Assembly (NCBI GenBank): GCA_039621445.1 | Contig: CP154954.1 | Span: 45,859,847 to 45,923,846, forward strand | Length of the DNA: 64,000 nt | Reading direction: 5' to 3' | From: Euglena gracilis | Lineage: Eukaryota | In this document: piece by piece, positions 55,671 through 64,000 of the stretch | Position numbering within the stretch: the first letter of the stretch is position 1 | How the letters are laid out: every line of letters begins with the position of its first letter | The notes under the pieces: model-generated | Told to the model about the DNA's origin: nothing | The model's database searches: none | Seen by the model: only the letters and a program-made list of their open reading frames with translations | Made by a program: the position numbers and the translations under genes

Positions 55671-58600
55671 GTGAAACGTCCATGTGTGTGTGCGTGCGTG
55701 TGTGTGGGTTTGACGTCCCCCACCTCGTATCTGCACGAAATTTTGCTGTCAAAAGGCCAAGCAGTTTCTGGGGCCAGAAACAAATATTTGGATCCGGCTC
55801 ATCAAATATCCATGGAGAATTTCTGTCACCCAACAGGGAGATTTACTCTTTGCAGCAGAAGTAAGCTCTGTTCTAATGTTGAGTGAAGGGTTGGCTGTTG
55901 GTCTTCCTTCACTCCAGCCTGTTCGTTTCCATTCTTCAGGTGTACGTCGAGTGTAACCTTCCTGGAGCTTCGCTTTTTGTTTCTTCTTTTTCCTTAAAGC
56001 CCCCAAAGCCTTCAAAGTGGTATTCTTGTATTGTGCACTGGAGGCTTTTTCTTGAAACCAGCCAAATTGCTTAGCAGAATGAATTTTAGACAGTGTCATT
56101 TCCACCAATCCCCCCATAGCCTGGCGGACCTTTGTCCCTGGCAGAAGGAGGTGATTGCAGTAACCTGACACCCCTTTTTAAGGCAAAATTCCTGAGCAGC
56201 ACCAGACATTCATTTAGTGTGGTACACCAAGGTTGTCATTTTGTGGTTCACTGTGGACACCACAAAAATTTTTGTGGTTCACCTGTGGACACCAAAACGA
56301 CATGACATTGGCGTAAAACCTGCAAAAAAACAGAGCAAATATGAAGCGGTTATCCGCTTCCTCAGGCTGACATAATACATTTTAATTATCTCATGCTGAC
56401 AAACTGCAAAAACCAGAATGAGGCTGACACTTACCCTTCTGAATGAAAAACTATACTGAATGTGGTCTTTCATTGAATGGTCAAGTTGAAGATCTGACAC
56501 CACAGCAAGTGGCTTTCCGGCTCCTACCTCAAAACAAAGCACATGGCATTGCCGGTTTTTCAGGCACTTTTTCAGGCACTGAGGCACTCAACTGACATCC
56601 CGCAATGCCCCACAACGCTCCCAATGTCCACAGCCATGCCAAAGCCCCACGATAATGTCGCGTGTTTCTGCTTGCATGAAGCGGAATTCCGCTTCATCGA
56701 CGCCAATACTTAACTTTTTGATGGTATCCTTGTTGGGTAAGTTGTCTATACAGCACGTCTGCTTGAGAACTCTCGATAGCAATCTGTCCAATTTCAACTG
56801 CCACGCTTCGTGGATTGAGCCGGGGCCAAGGCTCAGAATGTGGCTGAGGTGTCAATCCGCCTTTAGGTGCGAATTTTTTTTGATCCTCAATCAATTTTTG
56901 TGGACCACAAATTTTTTTGTGGACACCACAAAAATTTTTGTGGTTCATCTGTGGACACCAAAAAAAATTTTGTGGTTCACCTGTGGACACCAGAAAAAAA
57001 TTTGTGGTCCACACGTCTTTTGTGAACCACACTAAATGAATGTCTGAGCAGCACTAGAAACGATGCCCAGATAATTGGGCAGGGGGGAAGGTTCCGATAA
57101 CCTGAGGACAAAGAGGAGGAATCATTTTAGATGCTGCTCCAAGTTGTTCTTTTTAAAGCTGTGCACATTTTCCAAAAAAAAGAGATCTTTGAAGATTTTA
57201 ACTGCTTTCCACATTTCGCAGTTTTTGCCATTTAGGGAGGTTTCTCCCTAAAAATGGGCAATGCCTTGAAGATTTTTCTCAATCAGGCCTTTGCTCAAGG
57301 GTTCGCAGCACCTAGTCCAAATTTGGCCAGTGGGATTCTAATGGGGGATTCCTCTAGCAGGGCAAGCATTTTTTTCCCAGTGACCGGTGTGAAGCGCCGA
57401 AAATTTTTGGGACCTCAGAAATGGCCAAAAATACCCATTTTTTGGCCATTTTAGGAAATCTTTTGAACAAAATCAGCCCAAAAAAAACTGCATTAAAAAC
57501 CTCATTTCCACCTGACGCGCAACGCCAGAGGAAAAAAAAATAAAAAATTAAAAGTCCAGTCAGGGGACTCCCAGACCCCCTGGACCTGGGGGGGGGGGGA
57601 AGGGGTCTAGCTAGTCCACTGTTTCGCAAAATGGGTAGCCAGTGGACCCCCCACGGGTCTTTAGAAGTAACGGTATTTTCAGGATTTTTCAGTCCTACAG
57701 AGACTCCCACAAAATATGTCAAATCACCCAAAAATGCGGAAAACTCTGATTTTGATTAAATCTACCATCCCCCCCCCCTCAGTTAGTCACTCCCCCCCTA
57801 TTAGTCACCTTGGTCCCCAGGCAAAAACAATTTTTACGGAGGAAAATATTTTTCTTTGAAGAAAAAAAACGCCGAACGTGGCCGTCAGAATTTTTTGTTG
57901 GTTGCCATCCATGAAAAGTGCCCTGGAATGCCCAAAAACAACCTTGAAACCCAAGACTTGGGGTAGGGGGCAAACTTTGGGAATAAATTGCCCCCCCCCC
58001 GAGTTAGTCACCCCCCCCCTATTAGTACCCTTGGCCAAATTCCCCTCCCAAGTGACTAACTAGGGGGGGGGAACGGTAAATCAAATCACAATTAAATCAC
58101 AATTGAAAAAAAACTGAGTTTTGTCCATGTTTGGGGGATTGTGGCATCTTTTGTCGATCCCATGCATTTTTTACCCAGCTGGCCCAGCACCTCTGCCATG
58201 CTCAACAGCTTGCATTGCAATGGGATGGCCACAGAAGCATCCAATAAACTTAACTTTGGAGAATGGGAAGGGAGTCCGTCAACCCAGTGCCACCAAGGTT
58301 CCTATTTCTCGGTGTGCTTGCAGCAACCGCCCAACGAACCACTTCACCCCCCACACCGAGGGGTGGTACGCAGAAGCAGGGGCAAACTATGGGCGAAGCC
58401 CCAACTCTGGCCGCCTTCGACTTCGCCTCGTGGATGCAATTCGTGACGCAGTCGCCGTACCACTGGCCTCCCCGGCCTCGGCCGCGGGCGGCGCTGACCG
58501 CGGCCCCCGCCCCGGACACCCCCGCCAGTCCCCCGCCACGGCCCACCCCCTCGGCCCCTTTCGGAGCCGCTCCCCACCCCCTGTGAGTCCCCCCTGGGAC

Positions 58601-61600
58601 TCCCCACGCAGCTCCACCTGCCTCGGAGAGGCGGCACCGGCTCGGCACAAAGCCCAAGCTTGGGTGAGGATGACGGGGAATGTCTCTGCAATGTCTCCGC
58701 ACAGAGAATGGGAACAGAATGTCGGAGGATTATTTTGGCAACGCAACTACTACTTGGGGGAGTAGTAAACCGCACTGGGTCTTCAGCCAACCAGGATTGG
58801 ACCCCCCCCCCATTTTCCCCTTAGAAATGGTGGACATCAGAAACTTTTTTGCATGGGTGGGGATAAGCCGGGGATGGGTAAGGGTTCGGGTTAGGATTTG
58901 GATTATGGTACCCCCCAAATCCCCCCCCCCCCCCGTTGCTTAAATTTGGTTTTCAGCCGATCTGTCCAAAGGGTTGCATAAATTAGCTGATTAGGTTTTT
59001 ACTGAGTTGGCCGAAGGGTTGCTTAAATTTGGACTTTTCCCAATGAACGAAGGAGCTGGCACATTTTTTTATTATGAAAATGCTTGCCTTTGAAGCCAAA
59101 AGGTGAAGAATGTTTGGAAACGTGGGTGGTTTTGTTGGTGTTGGTTAGATTGGATGGCAGCCCGAAACTACTGGGCCCCGGCAGTAGTTTCGGGCTGCCG
59201 ATTGGATATTTTTCAGGTGTTTGCTAAAAATTGAATTTTGCTTTGCTCCTCAAGGGACTGTTTAAATTTGGGCGTTGGTCGGTTTGGCCCCAAAGGTTGC
59301 TTAAATTTGGGGGTTGCTTTATTTTGGGGTTGGGGTTAGGGTTCGGGAATTTTCAGGGAGTTTGGCATGCTTTGGGCCGCATTTCGGACTACCTACTGGA
59401 TCCACTGCCAAACCCCCCAAGGGGGACTCAGAAGTGCAACAAAGCTGATCTTTTATCTTATCCCAAATGACACCCATGAAGTCTTCATGGGTGTCATTTT
59501 AGGGAACCCACCCCAATGGGCCTCAGATGTGCACAATCGCCAAAAACTTCATTGTTTCAGCATCAATAAAAAGGTGGCCGACTCTTCAGCCGTTTGTGCG
59601 ATTCCTATTTCTTATTAGAATTCTCGTCACTGCTCTCTGATGATTTCTGTTTGTTCCCTCTGCTATCCCTCAAATTTAGATATATTAATGTGTTGGAGTG
59701 AGCTGGAATTGGGGATGTAGCAAATGGAGTTGGCTGGCTGGATGCGAACTGCGCTTCTCCGCACCTTTCAATGCGCTGTGCCCCCAAACCCGCTGTGCCG
59801 AGGCCCCAACTGAAGGCGGTGCATTCTCCACCAGGGCTGGAAACCTTCCGTCCTGGGTGGTGGGCCCCCAAGGCATCTGTTCCAGTTCTCTGGGGGCACA
59901 TTTTTACGGAAAAAATTGCTTCGACACATTGGCTCCGGAGGAAATTTCTGTGGGTGGGTGTGTTCTGATCTCACAACTCCTGCAGTTGCCTGCGGCACCC
60001 AAAGCAATCCCCGTGCATTCAATTACTCCCGGTGCATTACTTCCGTTTTCGCCCGATGAAGATCGTTTTTTTCTGGTTCTGGAGCACCCAGTTTGGGAGT
60101 CAGATCAGGGTATAGTAGCTGCTATTTGGCCCTTGGCTGCCTTTGATGCGTCCCGCCGTTTAGGTCCCAGGTAGATTGCCGCCACAACGGTGCACGGAGG
60201 GTGCATACAGTGGAGCGAGCAACAATAGCGTTGGGCCGCCTCTCGGCAATCTTGTGAAGCACTCTTTGCATCTGATGGTCTCCGGGCCAAGGCAGAGGGA
60301 CACCAGCAGGTGGTGGGCAGTTATGAAACCCCCCCGAATTTCATCGTTTTCCTTATTTTCACATTCACATTGCACCTTCTCTTGGGTTTCTGTTCCTACT
60401 CGCAATTTTAAACAGCCCATTTCCAGGTGTACAGGCAACATTGTGTACACAGGTGCCTGTACACAGGTGTACAGGCAACATTGTGTACATCCAACGTTGT
60501 TTGCTTATGAGAGCCATTGGAGTTGGGAAATTCAAATACTAGAGCAAGCGCTGGTGGAGTTACCTGGGGAGGGGAATTGGGCGTGGTAGATAAATTGGAT
60601 GGCATCCACACATATATCCATACAATATCCATATAATTGGATGGCATAAATATGAATATGTTTGGTAATTTCCGACTACGTACTCCCACCACAGGCACTG
60701 GGGGGTGCCAAGTTGGTTGGAACCACTGGCTTAGGGAGAATGGTGCAAACAGTTGATCCACTCGCCCCTTGGGAGAGGATTTTCACAACTGGCCACGCGT
60801 ACAATACACTCTGCCTCATCCACGTAAAGTTGTTTCAAATTTTTTTGTGGATGCTAAATTCTGCACCTTGCGAAACTGTCATTACAAAGGTCACTCGTTT
60901 TTCTTGATTCTTTCTCCTGCCACAGCTGCGAGACTTACAAAAGTCTTAGGCGGTGCGAATTGCCCAAATTTTCTGCCATTTTCTAAGAAAGTCCGCCCCG
61001 CAATAGTTTAGCTGCTTATTTTGACAGCCCACTTTCAAAAAGGGGGTTCTTTGCAACGGTTCAAAATTTTCCGATTTTGTCCCGGAGGACTTTTGTAGGT
61101 TCATAATTTGGGAAGGAGGGGTTGTCAGAAAAGGGCATTTTTGGGCTGTTTCTCACAAGCTACAGAAAATGGGGTGCCACTCAAGTTCTGGTTCCCAGAA
61201 AACTGAAAAAAAAAATATGCCGTGTGAAGATTTATGGTGCCACTCGGTCCCACTCCCTCCAGTCTTAAAAGAAATCCCTGGTCCTGGCCCGAGTTCGCAG
61301 CGAAATTGGTTTGCCTTTTGGAACAACCTCGCTTCAGGCAGACCCTCGGGCTTGCCGCCACCTCAGATGTTTTGTCCTCACGGCCCGGTTCCCTGCCTCG
61401 TCGCAGGGTTCCTCCCTCGTGCGTTTGTATTTGGTCTTGTGACCTTGCCTGGGTGAGCCCTGCCTGGCAAGATCGGACCTGTTTGGACCTGTGACCTCCA
61501 GCTGACCACGCAGCTCAGCCCCCCCCCCCCCTGGATTGTGAATATCCTTTCCCGCGTTACCGTTTTCAATTTCCCCCACACCTCCTCCAATGGCACATTC

Positions 61601-61616
61601 ACAACCTTGCAATCGC

Positions 61617-61654
<38 letters not shown>

Positions 61655-62286
61655 CGTGCGTGCGTGCGTGCGTGCGTGCGTGTTGATGATGGTGATGCTG
61701 ATGTGCCAGACTCGCACAAATGATCTTATCAAAAGTTGGCCCCATTGCTGCAAAAGTGGACGTTGTTTATCTCAAGTTATCTTTCATGGCCCAGTTCGCC
61801 ATTGGCTCCTGTTTGGAGATTCGGGTCTGAAGTTGATTTTCTTCATGAATAGTATATTATCGCTCATCGGGTCTGCGAACAGGGCAAAAGCATTATAAAA
61901 CGGCGTTTAAAACAAAAAAGCTGATTTCACGTGAAGATTTCAGTCTTTTGCGAGGTTGTCGCATGTCGCCACCAAGCACCTATGAAATGACTGGGCTTGA
62001 CTGGGCGTGACTGGGTCTGGGGCTCTGGATGACCACAGGTGCTGGGTCACCAACCTGGGACTTGCGTCCCTGATCACCATTGCCAATTTTTTTGCCATAT
62101 GGGATATGACTGTTGTCGCTTCTGGTCTCAGTTGCCGTTCCATTTTTTGGGTCGAGGTCCATTCTTTGGGCCGGCCTTGCTGCCGGGGCGGGCCGCCCAT
62201 GTCGCACATCGAGGCGCTTTTGGCCCGGACTGCCTCCGACCTCAACCACCGGGCGTGGCGGCCGTGCTTCGAGGCCGTCAGCAAAG
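54649..62286 (+). CDS. EF-hand protein, multi-exon, 3'-incomplete
   Basis: Exons ~54820-54966 and 55444-55609 join (AA|G) to AFRRAFIKLDPMHSGVLLLSQL...VQVDSSQSGRLDFWQLF (EF-hand pair); further candidate exons 55940-~55963, ~58404-58582, ~60190-60220 (HGGCIQWSE), ~62195-62286. Start and end uncertain. Confidence 0.6.
55610..55667. repeat. (GT)n microsatellite starting at a splice donor
   Basis: CAG|GTGTGT... Confidence 0.95.
56203..57046. mobile_element. hAT-like non-autonomous element, perfect 21-bp TIR and 8-bp TSD
   Basis: CAGACATTCATTTAGTGTGGT / ACCACACTAAATGAATGTCTG; AGCAGCAC at 56195-56202 and 57047-57054. Confidence 0.92.
57765..58076. mobile_element. TA-flanked MITE (Tc1/mariner-pogo-like)
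   Basis: TA|CCATCCCCCCCCCCCTCAGTTAGTCAC ... GTGACTAACTAGGGGGGGGGAACGG|TA. Confidence 0.7.
59156..59199. mobile_element. 44-bp minimal TIR element with perfect 8-bp TSD
   Basis: GGCAGCCCGAAACTACTG-GGCCCCGG-CAGTAGTTTCGGGCTGCC; GATTGGAT at 59148-59155 and 59200-59207. Confidence 0.88.
60424..60489 (+). repeat. Short tandem duplication CAGGTGTACAGGCAACATTGTGTACA x2
   Basis: Direct reading. Confidence 0.85.
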
Positions 62287-64000
62287 GTGCCCCTGCCCCC
62301 CCCCCCCTCCCAGTCCTCTCTCGCACGGCACCGAAGTGGGCGACCTGGGGGGCACTTTCCCACAATGAAAAAATATTCACTCACTGATTTTTTGAATACC
62401 AGTCCCCCACTCTTCTCCCCTGAGGGCCGGTCACTCTGGCCAGGCACCTGGGCAGGCAAAGTTAAGCCCAAAAATATGTCCCTCTTTTTTTGGCGTCTCA
62501 AAAATGGATGACCTGAACACCTGCTGTCCTAGGAACAGAATAAGCCCCCCAAGCCCATAATAAAAACAAGCCACCTGGGCCCTTCTCAGGTGCTAACCAC
62601 CCCTCATTTTACAGGTGTTAAGCCCCCCATCTGCCCCCCTCAGGTGCCCCCTCTTGATTAGCCCCCCCCCCCCCAGGTGTCATTTACTTGTATCGCTTCA
62701 ATATGGGCAATTATTGGATAGCCTCACCCCAGATCTAAATTGTTTGTGCTATCAATTACTTACGACATGTTTGCCACCAGTTTTTTCTGGGGTGTGTGAT
62801 TCTAACTCCGGTAAACAGAAATGAGCAAGAGAAGGCACAGAGCAGGCTTCTGTTTTAGCAACTCAGAGCCCCTGGGAGGAGGGGAGGGAGTGAGTTCTGG
62901 CGGGGGTTGGGGTGTTAAAAAGAAGCCCAGCGCAGAGCTGGAGCTCTGCCATCCCGTTCTGTCAAGCTCCCGCATGTTGTTTATTCAGATCTTTTTTCAG
63001 ATTTTTTTTTGTATGGCAGAACTTTAATTTATAATGTTGATGCCTGGGGGGGTGGTGAACCTGAGCCCCATGGATATTTGGGGCTTAACCCATTGTCCTG
63101 TGAATTTTTCCTCTGGTTCGGTCAGTTGGTCAAAAAATTTTCGAGCCCAAACCAACTCCCAAAGAGGGTCACCCTAGCTGCCTTCCCTACCCCCCTTGGG
63201 GATTGGCGGTGCTTGCCAAGCCACCTCCACCCAGATACTAAAACACCTTTGACATTCAGTTCAATGCGCACATTCTTTCCGTATAGCTGTGCATTTTTTC
63301 TGCGGCCCCAAATGCCAGAGATTCATCCTACACAATTTTTGGGAAGAAGCCTGCCCTCAATTAGTGTCGCCCCTCAGGCCACATTGAGCCCGTGATGAAC
63401 CTTCTGGCCGACAAATCAGAACGACTGGTGCTTCTCCCTTTGTTTTCATCTTCTCTTCTCTCGTGGCTCTTCATTTCTGAAATTTTTTTTCGAGAGTGTG
63501 TCCAATTGAAACCGTTGGGGTTCATTCATGGGTGTCCCTTCATTTGTTACGCGCTTGAACTCCGTTCAGTTCGTTTGCCAGCCAGGTTTCTTTTCAACTC
63601 GAAAGGCCCTGCAGGTATCGTCCTTTCGGGTGTCTCTCACTTGACTGTCTGCCACCTTCCCACTTGCCAGATCGTTGGCATTGGTTTTGTCTTAGGAAGG
63701 TTCTTCTTCCTCAAAAGGCGCTGCGACTTGCAGGGAGTTGCCTTAATTTGAAGGCACACACTTTGAGATGGCTCCGGTATTTGCAATGAGCCAGGGCAAA
63801 GTCTGGCAAATGCTGGCAGCAGGTTTCTTTCTTTTTAAGGTCCGGGGGGGGGGGCTCCACCCAGCCCGGCGTGGGACCCCGTGGGAGGGACCCCCCAAAT
63901 TGGGCCGTCTCAGGGCATTTCCCAAAAGAAAATTGCCAAAGCCCACACCCGGGCCCCTGGCCCAGGACGCTCCCCATGGATTTTCGAAAGCTGAATCATC

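Overview
Intron-rich eukaryotic nuclear DNA, most likely a euglenid (Euglena-like). The evidence is TTAGGG repeats, short GC-rich exons in repeat-filled introns, and conventional GT/GC-AG introns mixed with non-GT-AG stem-loop introns whose +4..+6 bases pair with -8..-6. I reconstruct four + strand multi-exon genes by eye: (1) the 3' part of an EF-hand-like repeat protein (4302-13511); (2) a divergent PCNA-family sliding clamp (17735-25336); (3) a long coiled-coil protein with duplicated exon pairs (28834-53979); (4) the 5' part of another EF-hand protein (from about 54649). Most of the rest is non-autonomous DNA transposons: CAG...CTG hAT-like MITEs with 8-bp TSDs, a 7-bp-TSD family with a decayed hAT/CGGBP-like transposase fragment, TA-flanked foldbacks, and GGCAR...YTGCC 8-bp-TSD elements carrying telomeric repeats. 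There are also a 163-bp satellite carried by a possible Helitron-like module, tRNA-derived pseudogenes and microsatellites. The most striking observation is that at least two non-conventional introns look like CAG...CTG MITE insertions: splicing removes 3 nt of the left and 5 nt of the right 8-bp TSD, restoring the coding sequence. One of these is present in one copy of a duplicated exon and absent from its paralog. All exon joins are predictions from sequence only, and long G/C homopolymers may contain sequencing errors.
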